A DNA stretch of 64,000 nucleotides from Pseudovirgaria hyperparasitica. Lineage: Eukaryota. The translations under genes were made by a program, and so were the position numbers. Position 1 is the first letter of the stretch. Every line of letters begins with the position of its first letter. Below, one piece after another: positions 1-10,544 of this stretch. The stretch is taken from assembly GCA_010093815.1 (NCBI GenBank), contig ML996573.1; one strand, given 5' to 3'. The notes beneath the pieces were generated by a model, which ran no database searches, had not been told where the DNA came from, and saw only the letters and a list, made by a program, of their open reading frames with translations.

Positions 1-95
1 CCTAACCCTAACCCTAACCCTAACCCTAACCCTAACCCTAACCCTAACCCTAACCCTAACCCTAACCCTAACCCTAACCCTAACCCTAACCCTAA
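1..95 (+). repeat. Telomeric repeat (CCCTAA)n, left chromosome end
   Basis: About 16 perfect CCCTAA units from base 1, ending ...CCCTAA|TGCCG. This is the C-rich strand of the TTAGGG telomere typical of filamentous fungi. Confidence 0.98.
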
Positions 96-1954
96 TGCCG
101 ACAAAACCTACTCGCGGACATGCCTTATCTACCGGCCCTTAGTAATTGCTAGGGGCGCCTATACGATAATCCCCGGTTATTCTTAGTTCGTACCCTAAGA
201 CGATAGTATTAGTCGAGGAAGAGGACGAGCCTAAGAAGTGTTAATACGCGCCTTTAGTGACGAAGACTTTTAAGGCAGCTATATTATTAAAGAAGAATTT
301 CACGAGCATTAAGGGAATGGCTCTACTAGTGCGCTAGAAAGCGTAGATAGATAACATGGCTATTCCGTATAAAGTCTACTACAAGCATTACTAAGACGTG
401 GCTAGAAAGAATAATATACTCGTTAGTATATCCTACTTAAACCTAGTAGCGAGACTTAAAATAGTATATAAGTTTAGAGATAACGTAGGGGCCCTTAAAG
501 TTTATAAGAACCGCTATATCTAGTTCGCGAAGTACGCGCGGCTACCTTATCCGATAGAGGCATTAGGTATCTATTATTACTAGGCCCTAGAGACCCCGAA
601 GTAAGTTATTAATATTAAAACCATCCTTACTAGTATTATATTTATAATTTAGAAGGAGGATAGTAGAATAGGTAGGTAACTCTTCGACGAGTGGGAACGT
701 ACTAGAAGTATTAATATTAAAGGGCTCTTCGAGCTACTTAAAAAGACGACCTCTATACTTAATAAGAGTATTCTAGAACTCGCGAGGGATAAATTTAATA
801 TATATAAGTACCACTAGCGCATGTTTAATAAGAAATCGAACTACGGCTGGCTACGAACTACATACCACTCCTATATCTAATAGTTTATTAGGTAATGCCT
901 ACTTTACTAGCTCACCTATATCACTCTTTGGCCTAATCTTAACTACTATCTAATCTCGTACCTATACTATGCGAAGTCCTAGGATAGGGGCGATAAGACG
1001 GGTTTTAAGTATCTCGATAACGCTATCAATCGAATCCTCGATTCTAGCGATAGACACGGGTTTAATATGATCTAGGGGAGTATTAGTCTCGACGATAAAC
1101 AAAGTAACGACTATACCATAATCGTTCCCTACTCCTATAAGTTCTTAAATAAATGGTAGTCGAAGGCTAAGCTCCGCGAGGGGGTTAATCGAAACGGTAT
1201 AATCACGGCTATTAACGACAAGATCTATAATACGGACGATAAGAAACGATTTAGTCCCTTTGTCCCGGTCCCCTACCAGTCCCTTAAAGTACGTATCTCT
1301 AGCCTACTAATAATATACGGCGCCTAGAGTCCCGTAAAGGGTAGAAGACGTACGATACTTCCATGGTATATCGCGATTAGCCCTAATTACATAATAATAG
1401 AAGTACCTAAAATAGGTATATAGGAATAACTCGTAGTAGCTTATAGGAATTTAACTCCGGGACCCACGTCTCCGTCGGGATTTTCTAATAAATATAGCGC
1501 GATTCCTTTTGCCTTCCTAGCCGTAGTTTAACTCCCGAGTTTTAACGCCGTTAGTAACGCATTAGTCGGCCATAAAAGATAGAATAGCTAGAAGGTAAAA
1601 GAAGAGGTAGCTGCGTGGCTTAACGTAAGTCCTTAATAACTTAAAGCCAAGGTAGACGCCTAGTTTAAGGAGGGCTCGAGGGTATTCGTAGAGACCTTTA
1701 AGAAAATAGTAAGGTAGGAAAGGCTAGTCTATAGGGATAGGTCGTTCTAGAAGGAATTTAATAAGGCGCGCGCCGCTAAGCGGCTAATTAATTTTAAGAA
1801 ATTCGAGTCCGACGCGGGCCTAGATAACGTTAAAGAGAACTTCTACGGATAGAAGAGGCCTAATAAACTATCCGACGAGGAGGAATCTAACCTCTCTAAG
1901 ATAAGTAACACGATTCTTTAGGAGCTGGCTCACGACCTCGAGTACTAAGATTAG
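95..1954 (+). pseudogene. RIP-inactivated ORF, probable 2-oxoglutarate/Fe(II) dioxygenase-fold protein, 5'-truncated by the telomere
   Basis: One reading frame (+2) runs from the telomere junction to ~1954. It is broken only by TAA/TAG stops explicable as CAA/CAG/TGG mutated by RIP. It reads ...GWLRTTYHSYI**FIR*...LISYLYYAK...GFK(Y>H)LD (1010-1018)...NMI*GSISLDD...VRISSLLII(Y>H)GA (1316)...RRRTILPWY..., consistent with HxD...H...R of the 2OG-Fe(II) double-stranded beta-helix. Confidence 0.7.
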
Positions 1955-1973
1955 GCGCCTAAAAACCTACCTA

Positions 1974-2006
1974 ATTATTAGTTAAGGGCTACCCTTAACT
2001 AATAAT
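1974..2006. other. Perfect hairpin, 15-bp stem / 3-nt loop (copy 1)
   Basis: ATTATTAGTTAAGGG-CTA-CCCTTAACTAATAAT, about 20 nt after the end of the dioxygenase-like frame. Confidence 0.95.
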
Positions 2007-2339
2007 CCGGGCTAAGGTTTACCCGCGCCGAGAGGTTTACTAGGGGCGTATTTTATTTATATTAAGGTCTTTCTTTTAGGCGTTCTTTATACGGTTTCTT
2101 ATACGGTTACTATACTACTAAGGGTAGTAGTTCTATGGGCCGGGGAGGTATATATAGAAGGCCGCTCCTATAGCCCTATATATATATATATCCCTAGCTC
2201 GATCACATGGCTTTATTATATATTTAAGGAGGGCGTTTTCCTTGGTCATTCTACTTGGCGCGCTTCCCCCATTACTAATATTCGACTATTTAACCTTTTC
2301 TTATGTTTATAGGCCTCTATGGGTATTGATTATTAGGCT

Positions 2340-2857
2340 TAGCTATTGAAGAATTAATTAAGAGTATTATATAGACCCGTCCTATCGTAAAAGAGAACTA
2401 ATAAGAAGTCGTACGTTTAAAGAGAACTTATAATACCTAGGAGAGATACTTGTGAGTTCGTCGTCGACTACTATACTAGGAACATAGCCATTTATAAAAG
2501 GGATACACGTGGCGATGGCTCACCATACTACCCTCCGGTCCTTCTAGTTATATCTTCTTCTCCTTCTCCGTAATTCCCTTTAGATTCTAGATAAGGTTCT
2601 AGAATATATATAGGAGGGTCTTCTAGCCCTCTCCGGCTTCCTTCTCTATACGTACTACCTAGTAGTTAATATAATCTAGAAGGGTTTCCCCTCTTAGGGT
2701 CCCCTTTATTCCGTCTATCTATAGCGGCGTACGCCTTTAGGTATGTTCTACGTTTTAGATAGGTGTATAGTTACCCTTGGTAATATTGCTATATAGCCTT
2801 TTCTATCGTACCGGTAGGGGTATATCTAGTATATACTAGGGTATATCGGTGCCTAAG
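2340..2857 (+). pseudogene. Small RIP-degraded ORF between the two hairpins (unknown product)
   Basis: Coding-like frame AIEELIKSII*TRPIVKEN**EVVRLKR..., a GTGAGT donor at ~2452, and a Q/P/Y-rich end ...GYIGA-TAA (2855-2857). TATA-rich upstream region at ~2150-2190. Confidence 0.4.
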
Positions 2858-2866
2858 GCCGCTATA

Positions 2867-2899
2867 TTTATTAGTTAAGGGCTACCCTTAACTAATAAA
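2867..2899. other. Perfect hairpin, 15-bp stem / 3-nt loop (copy 2)
   Basis: TTTATTAGTTAAGGG-CTA-CCCTTAACTAATAAA. The 31-nt core is identical to copy 1, and the outer pair is swapped A-T to T-A. Confidence 0.95.
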
Positions 2900-3040
2900 A
2901 GGGGGTCGGCGTGTCGGCGTTCTAGTAGCGTGGTCCGTGCCTCTATCTCTATAAGGATTTTAAGAGGGTGTATATATATCTTTGCACGGCGATAACGTCT
3001 TAGTTTCGACGCTATACGTACGTGCGTGTAGTAGTAGTTA

Positions 3041-4159
3041 GTGTACTCGGTGTACTCTATCGATTGAGATGTGTATCTTGCTATATTACCCCGAATGGAC
3101 CAAGTTGGCCTCTTAGGGATGTAAAAGAAGTTTTTCCTAGAGCTTACTATATAATTAACTAAGTCTAATAAGCTTAAGAACGCTCTAGAGAGCCTAGTAG
3201 TTAATAGATACTAAGCTTAAATTAATAGGTTATTTAGAAATAAGTTATACGTCTCTTATAATACTAGGTAATTTATTAACTACTATAGTAGAAAAGGCTT
3301 AATAGCTAGCCTTCTATTTTATAAAGAATATTCTAGAGTAGAGGGCGGTAGATAGTTAGTAATAAGATAATTTAGTACTATCTTAAGTAGTAGTAGATTT
3401 CTAAATATCTATTAATTAACTTATCTATAACTAAATAGTTAATACTCTAGAAGAACTAAGTTCTCTAGTAGTAATATAAGCTATTATTATAAGTAGCTAG
3501 TAAGAGTATAGAAAATATAAAATTACTAGTATCTAGTATATAATAGAAAACTTTTTAAGCTAAATAGTAATATATAGAAGTAATAGAGTTATAGATACCT
3601 AGTTTAATCTATATATAGTTTTATAACTAGTAAATAGAGTGTTCTTAAGCTCTAGAGAGTTAAGTTTTTAGTAATATAATAAGTCTATTCTACTTCTACT
3701 ATATACTAGAAGAAGAATATCTTACTAGTCTATTATAAAATAGTTAGTATAAATAATATAGTAAGAAGAAGATTACTTAAACTAGTAATTATTCTAGTAT
3801 TACTATATTAACTAAGATAGTCTAGTAAAGAGAACTTAGTATTTAATATATATAAACTAGTAGATACTAAGTTTTAGCTACTACTTTATTAAGATTATTA
3901 ATATATTAAGTTAAATTAGTTATAAAGTATACTATTTTCTATCTATATATCTAGTTAGTTATATTTATATATCTAACTAGTTTACTACTATCTATAGTAA
4001 TTATATATAATATATACTACTACTATAGCTATAACATATATACTATATATATATCGGAGGTTATTATACTTGGTATACTCTATTAATTAATATATATAGA
4101 TTACTATATCTCTCTAAATTAACTAGTTCTAGTCCCTTAGAGTATAAGAAGTTTTTCCT
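3041..4159 (+). repeat. Diverged ~97-bp direct repeats (3041-3138 and 4064-4159) bracketing ~0.9 kb of extremely AT-rich RIP relic
   Basis: GTGTACTCGGTGTACTCTATCGATTGA...AAGAAGTTTTTCCT versus TTATACTTGGTATACTCTATTAATTAA...AAGAAGTTTTTCCT. The differences are mostly C>T/G>A. Confidence 0.6.
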
Positions 4160-4194
4160 CTAGATTAGTATAGATATATTCTCTAATAGTAATA

Positions 4195-4831
4195 ATAATT
4201 AGTAAACTATATATATTATAGTAGATCTATATAAATCTATATCTATAAAGATTAGATAATATATCTAATAATCTAAAAAACTAAGTGATAAGTTATAGAG
4301 TTTTTTAAATAAATAAATATTTCTAAGAAAATATTTTAATATAAGTACTACCTAGACTTATCTAACTATATTATATACTATACTAGGTCTAATTAGATAA
4401 TTCTATCTATCTAGAGATTTAGAATAGATAAAATTTATTTTATTAGAAAAATACTTATAGAACTCTTAGATTAGTAGATATTAGTATATATCTATATATT
4501 AATATATAGAACCGTTAAAGGTTTCTAGAATTAAGCTAGAAACTATAGACTTAGATAATAATCTAGATTACTAAGGGTAGCTTCCTAAAGAAAGAGAATA
4601 ATTATTAGAACTTAATCTTAGATAAAGACTAGACTTATATATATCTTAGCTAACTTAGTTAGAAGGTAGTATAATAGATAGTAAATAGTTATATACTAAA
4701 TAGATTAGCGTCTCTTTATATATATACTCTTAGATTTCTACTAAAAGGGTTTAGTAGTAATTTATTCTATAATAAAATATACTCTATTATTCTATCTAAC
4801 TATACTACTATCTAATTACTCTATTCTTATA
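4195..4831 (+). mobile_element. 5'-truncated, heavily RIPed copy of the Gypsy element family at 8494-15877 (3' internal region, PPT, and 3' LTR at 4603-4831)
   Basis: 4603-4831 aligns to the reverse complement of the 228-bp LTR. It is preceded by CTAAGGGTAGCTTCCTAAAGAAAGAGAATAAT, which matches the PPT region at 8722-8753. Homology to the reverse complement of ~8720-9140 extends back to ~4195. Confidence 0.88.
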
Positions 4832-5163
4832 ATAAGTATATATATAAATTAGTAAAAGTAAACTAGAGTCTTAAGCTTATCTATATAGAGACTATTAATT
4901 ATATTATATAGATTTAATTAGATATATATAGAAATTTAATAATTATAGAATTTTAGATTTATATATAGATAAGTACTTTAGAGCGTAGTATAAAAAAGAA
5001 GAAGAATATTATTAGAATAGATACTATAAGAGACTAAAATTATAATCTTTAGTCTATAATAGCTAGCTAACTTTAATCTAAAACTACGAGCTATAATAAG
5101 AATAAGTTATATCTAAGTCTTCTTATTGGTAGTATTTAATGTTAGACAAGACTTTATTTCAAG

Positions 5164-6157
5164 CTAAGTTGGATCTCTCCAGTCCCATCCATGTGTTTCA
5201 CTATGCCTTCCCCATTTTGAGGAATCGGCATACCACTGCCAGGCACTCCAATCTTCCCCAGATGCGTCAGATGCGTCAGATGCAGATGCCCCAGATGCAG
5301 ATGCCCCAGATGCTTGACCTGCCTGAGCAGCAGACTTGGACTTGGAGGCATCGGCTCCTTGCTGAGGCTTTTCAGCATCTCTCCAGTCCCAGCCTTTTGT
5401 TGCACTATACCTTCCCCACATTGAGTGGTCGGCGTACCACTCCCATGGGGTCCATCCAGACACAGAGTTCTCAACTGCTTGGCCTGCTTGGCCTTGTTTG
5501 ACCTGGGCCTGGGACGTTGCATGAGCTGAAGATGCTTGTGCACGCCCACCCTGAGAGCGTGCTCCTACTTGGCCGATAGATTGTAAGCCAATCCCAAACT
5601 CGGGGGGATCCCTCTCAGCTTGTGCAATAGCAGTAGCATTCTCATGGAGATAGCCATGGCGGACTAGAGCTCGAATATAGTCAACAGTCCATTCCTGGCA
5701 TCGTCGGTTCGTTGTCTAATGCTCCTTTGTCAGCTAACATGATATATAACTCGCTATAAGTCCTAGAGTCACCTACATCGTTCACGGGAGCCATGAAATT
5801 CTCGCTAGCACGAGGGGCTTGAATCTGGAGTGCAACTCGTTCAAGTGAGCTCATTGCAGAGCTGTGCCTACTAAAGTCCTCCGTAGGTGGTTCATAGACC
5901 AGACCCTGATCAACGTGGCCTATATGGACAAGACCACGGAGCTGGTCCGAGGTACTGGTATCGTAGTTGCGCTTGAACTCGTGTGAATAGCCTGCCATTG
6001 GTGCACCCACAACGTGGATAATAGTGCCTTTGCACACCTCGTTCTTGTCTTGTGGATTCTGCGAGACATAGGCCTTGTTTGGTATGAAAAGAGCGAAGTG
6101 GTATCGCATATTGCTTGAGCGGCGATACTTGCATAGCCAGACAGGTGAGTAGGTCAT
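5164..6157 (-). CDS. DUF6540-like protein (His...Cys papain/PPPDE-like) with two C-terminal Trp-rich repeats, ~310 aa, 2 exons
   Basis: Exon 1 6157-5777 (HFALFIP...GTIIHVVGAPMAGYSHEFKRNY...APVND). Intron 5776-5716 (GTAGGT..GCTGAC..TTAG). Exon 2 5715-5164 (TTNRRCQEWTVDYIRALV...WTPWEWYADHSMWGRY...WSAWQWYADSSKWGRH). Confidence 0.75.
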
Positions 6158-6809
6158 TGCGTAAAGCTATGAGATAAGGCCAAGATATTTGATTGAAAAT
6201 GTGTGAGATGAAAAAGTCGATACGTTGTTCTGCGTGGTGTAAGGAATTTGAAGTGCCTTTACTGCCTTTTGAATAACATCTTTCAAATCCTTGAACCTTC
6301 AGCCTTTCCAATCTATGTTCAACGTTTGACTGGTTGAAGCGCAACCGAGCACGCGCTAACGCTGTAGGATCCTTGTGGCACTTCTGGTGATAGCGTGGTA
6401 TTGTCCTTTACATCGGCAAGCCATTCGCTGTAAGAGCTCTTATCTCGAATCATGTGGTAAGCGTCTTTTAATTTGAGACAAGGAAGCGGAACGCCTAGGT
6501 ATACTACTTATGGGTCTTATGTAGTGCATATAGCTGGGCTGGAGCAGCAAATGAGTGTCGACAATCCATCCATTGGAATGATGTTGCACTATGGCTGAGG
6601 CGCCACAAAGCGAGGATTTGGTGTGCCGCTCAACCCAATAGAATACAAACTCGGGCGCCTATTCTTGATCTACTACCCAGTACTAATCTGGATTCTTGAT
6701 AGATAGTTAGCATGGTAGAAACAGAAGAATGCTTTCATGACCGTGAGGGGATCACATCCCTTCTTGGATTGCTGTATTACTTACTTGTCATGGAGAGTAA
6801 GCGGCGCTG

Positions 6810-7759
6810 CTAAGGACTCCTCCATTGCCAATACTCCAACATTGCGACTGCCTCTGTTTGATATGGCATTGTGATTTGCTGGATCCATCCTAGTGTGCGC
6901 CATTCGTGCTCATAGTCCACCCCGATGTGCATTTTACAATATTCCCAAAATTCGGGATACCAGCCTGCTTGCCGCCAATCGATTATACCATTGATGTAGC
7001 GTGACCCAACAGGACCAGCAATGATGATATTGTCCAAGTGAAGATCGGCATGAGTAAAGTATATCCTACTTGTATCACGCAGTAGGTGCCTATACGGATC
7101 CGATTGCTTGTCCAGGCGGCCTCCAGTAGCTAAATATTGGATCCGGTTATTAAAGGCCGCGACGTCTGAGAATGGGCCGGCTTCAGGCTCTCCGCGAAAG
7201 TACATATCTTGAACTGGTCCTCGAAGAACTGAGCCTAATGTTGATGTAGTTAGCAAATGGCGGTGCAGCAGCGCTCTCTTAACATACCAACAATTTCACT
7301 AGCCGGGTCCTGCGTTATAGATTGGAGAGTAGCGATGACTCCCCCGAGTTGTCCTGAGATAGCTACCTTCTCTCTTTCTTGTAGAGAGCGCCAACATGAG
7401 TCCAGGGTTTGACCTTGAATCAAGCTAAGGTAGATATAGACATAATTTCCTTCAACGCGCCATCCAAAAACTTCAGGAACTGGAACCTTGGTGCCAACTT
7501 GATGACGAATAAACATTGTAACCAAAGCCTCGTATAGTGGAACGCACGAAGAAGGTCCATATTTAACTAATAGATTGACTGCTCGAAATTCGGCGATGCC
7601 TTGGGTCTTCCCCATGCGCGCTTCGCGAACTATCGCTGGCGTAGGTAGTTCTGGAGTCGGCTCCCCATCGGAGCGGGCGCGAAAGAAAGATGTCTCACGG
7701 AAGTCTATACTATCTAGACCTATATAGGTTACCAGATCAAGGTTTTGAGCCTGCCGCAT
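6810..7759 (-). CDS. Aminoglycoside phosphotransferase (APH)-like / choline-kinase-like protein, 2 exons
   Basis: VKYG...EA...VPVPEVFGW in exon 1. Intron 7287-7235 (GTATGT..GCTAAC..TTAG). FTHADLHLDNII and IIDWRQAGWYPEFWEY in exon 2. Confidence 0.9.
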
Positions 7760-7859
7760 TATTAAAGTAGAGGTGTCGATTCAGGTATCGGTCGTGGCGA
7801 GAAATAATACTAGGATAATGTTAGAGGAAGGAAAGGAAGCTTACTTACAGAGTTAGTCT

Positions 7860-8430
7860 TCTCTAAATGTACTAACCATTTATTAGATTTCTTAAGCGCC
7901 TACTTAGTTACTTTATATATACTCCTAGTATATACTTATATTAATCTATATATCTAACCTTATAGATTCTATAGATAGTTATAGATAGTTATATAAATAT
8001 ACTATATATATATATATATATCTTATTATATATTACTATAATAAGTTTTTTAAATATTTAATACTAAGAATAAGATATAGATAAAGCTAAAGTCTATAAT
8101 AAAAGATAGAATACTTATAGCTACTTAAGTATAAGATATAATCTATATAAGCTATTAATAGATCTATATAGATAATAAAATTTAATATAGATATATTAAT
8201 ATAATAAGATTTTAAGTATTTATAAGATTAAGATCTATATATAAGAATAAATATACTTATCTTTGAAACTTAGACTCTTATATAATCTTAATACTAAGCT
8301 ATTAAGGTAGTAGTTATTAATTATAAGAGTCTAAGACTTTTTAGTTTCTACTAATCTACTTAGTCTATATAATTATATTCTATATATATATTATACTTTA
8401 TACGTATGATTACGTATTTATATACTAGAT
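7860..8430. repeat. AT-rich RIP relic of unidentified repeat
   Basis: Very low GC with a strong TpA excess and CpA/TpG depletion. No recognisable coding motif. Confidence 0.55.
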
Positions 8431-8493
8431 GCTTAAGAAACCCTTCTAAGACCGTACACGGGTTTGTATAAAGTTCACGTGATACAATGATGG

Positions 8494-8721
8494 TGTAAGA
8501 ATAGGGTCATTGGATAGTAGTATAGTTAGATAGAACAATGGGGTGTATTCTATCATAGAACGAATTACTACCGAACCCTTTTAGTAGGAATCCGAGAGTA
8601 TATATATAAAGGGACGCCAATCTATCTAGTACGTGACTATTTACTACCCTTTACATCACCTCCTAACTCTATTAGCTAAGATATATATAGGTCGGGTCCT
8701 ACCTAAGGCTAAGTCCTAATA
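8494..8721 (-). repeat. 3' LTR
   Basis: Aligns end to end with 15650-15877. The differences I checked are C/T or G/A transitions. Confidence 0.97.
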
Positions 8722-9205
8722 ATTATTCCTTCCCTCTAGGAAGCTACCCTTAGTAACCTAGATCGTTACCTATCCCTATATCCCTATCCTAAGTCTCGTA
8801 AGACCTTAGTTATTCTCTACGCTTCGTCTTAGATACTTACTAATATTTACTAATCTAAGATTTATATAAGCGTTTTCCTAATAAACTAAATTTTATCCAT
8901 CTTAACTTCTTATATAGGTGAGATTACCTAATTAGGCCTAGCGTATCACGTAATATAATTAGGTAAGCCCGGGTACTACCTATATTAAAATCTTTTCTTA
9001 GAAATATTCCTTTCTTTAAAAAACTTCTTAACTCTTTATAGAGTTTTTTAGATTATTAGGTATATTACCCGATCCTTATAGACATAGATTTATATAGATT
9101 TACTATAATTTAGTACGATTTACGTAATTTACTAATTTTCGTACCGTCCTTAGCTAGTAATAATATAATTCGTAATAATCTATATAAATTAATAATAATC
9201 TTAAT

Positions 9206-10187
9206 ATAGTTTCCCGAAATCTCGACGCTCTAAAGTAATTAGCGCGGAAATAGGCGCCTTCGAATAATCCCTATCTCGTATATATTACTAACATATTAAA
9301 AGCCATCGATCTACCCCGACCTAGGCCGGGCTCTAATAATCTAGCTATATATTATTATGGTTGTTACTTTCCGTCGTATATTACTTACGGTAGTACTAAA
9401 TCTATAATATACGGTACTTATATAACTAAGAAGCGTTATTACTTATAGGTATTTAAGTAAGTTCGAAGAACTTTATATAGATTTACTTATATTAGTATAG
9501 ATTACTACTAGGCCTCTAGTAACCCCTACTAATAAGGAGCGTAATACTACCGATCGTAATACCTTAGAGAAGGCTTTCTATAAGCTATATACCTAAGGTA
9601 AGGGTTACGCCTAGGAGTACAATTCTAATAAGATCCATAAGAATTTATCAGAATCTACTATAGCTATTATTACCGCGATTACTAGATAATATCGTTTTTC
9701 TTAAATCGTTATAGATTCTTACTAATATATATTAATCTCTATAATAGTACTAAAATCTCTACTACTTTAGACTTCTTTCTATATACCGGCGATATTAGAA
9801 TTCCTAGGAAAGGTTCTAGTAAAAAGGCTAAGGTTCCTTCCTCGCGCGTGCTAAAGAGCCGTAAATTTAGGGAAGATAGCTCTAATCTAGAAGTTTCTAT
9901 ACTAAAGGTATGTGGTTCTATACCGATCGTTAAATCTTTTCGCTAATTTATATAATTCTTAGCGTGCCCGCGCCGGTCCGTCCCTCTCCGTCCCGGGTCC
10001 CGCCGCTCCGTAGGTTTCTATAGAGGAGTTTATAGCTATAAGACGCGCTATATAGAATTTATAGCGTCGGAACGAAAGGCTAGAGACTTATGTTATAAAG
10101 CTCTATACTATACTAAATAAGAACTAGCGGAAGGAATTAGATATAACCATCGCGGTAATTAGTACTTCTACTCCTACTCCGACTTAA
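9206..10187 (+). pseudogene. Antisense, spliced accessory gene inside the retrotransposon (Cys-rich N-terminus, coiled-coil C-terminus), RIP-degraded
   Basis: Proposed exons 9206-9448, 9501-9685, 9748-9907 and 9963-10187 join in phase to 271 codons. De-RIP gives PCxxC...C...CGTCxTKKRxC. Intron 9908-9962 has intact GTATGT/GCTAAT/TAG signals. Confidence 0.6.
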
Positions 10188-10544
10188 TCGGTTTAGATCT
10201 ATACCGATCGGTACTAATATATCTCTTTTATCTAGCGTTTTTAGTTTTTCGGTTTTAATTTTAAAGCGATCTTACTTCTTCTAGATAGATTAGTGCGAGT
10301 TTATATAGATCTATATAGATCTTTATATTTTCTTTTAGCTTTCTTAATTTTATCTTTCTTTAATAATAACTTCTTTAATCTCTTTAGTAATCTATACCAA
10401 TCTATACCAATCAGCACCAATTTTCGATGTCCATTTCTCTTAGTAAATTATTTTTCTAAGTCTCTTTTTTAGTTAAATTTTTTAAAGTTCTAAGTTCGAA
10501 CTTTCTAAGGAAGTTCCTTAATTCCTTAGAATGTTTTAAAGATC

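Noticed and set aside
1974..2899. Repeated palindrome as a CRISPR array or bacterial terminator
   Set aside because: Only two copies ~890 bp apart, eukaryotic context, no cas genes and no U-tract.
96..5100. Telomere-linked RecQ helicase or Starship captain (DUF3435) in the subtelomere
   Set aside because: No helicase motifs or tyrosine-recombinase motif could be read, even after mentally reversing RIP. 3140-4060 is too degraded to exclude it fully.
5139..5549. ORFs 5139-5501(+) and 5154-5549(-) with QM/HL repeats
   Set aside because: They are alternative frames of the repeat-containing exon 2 of the DUF6540-like gene.
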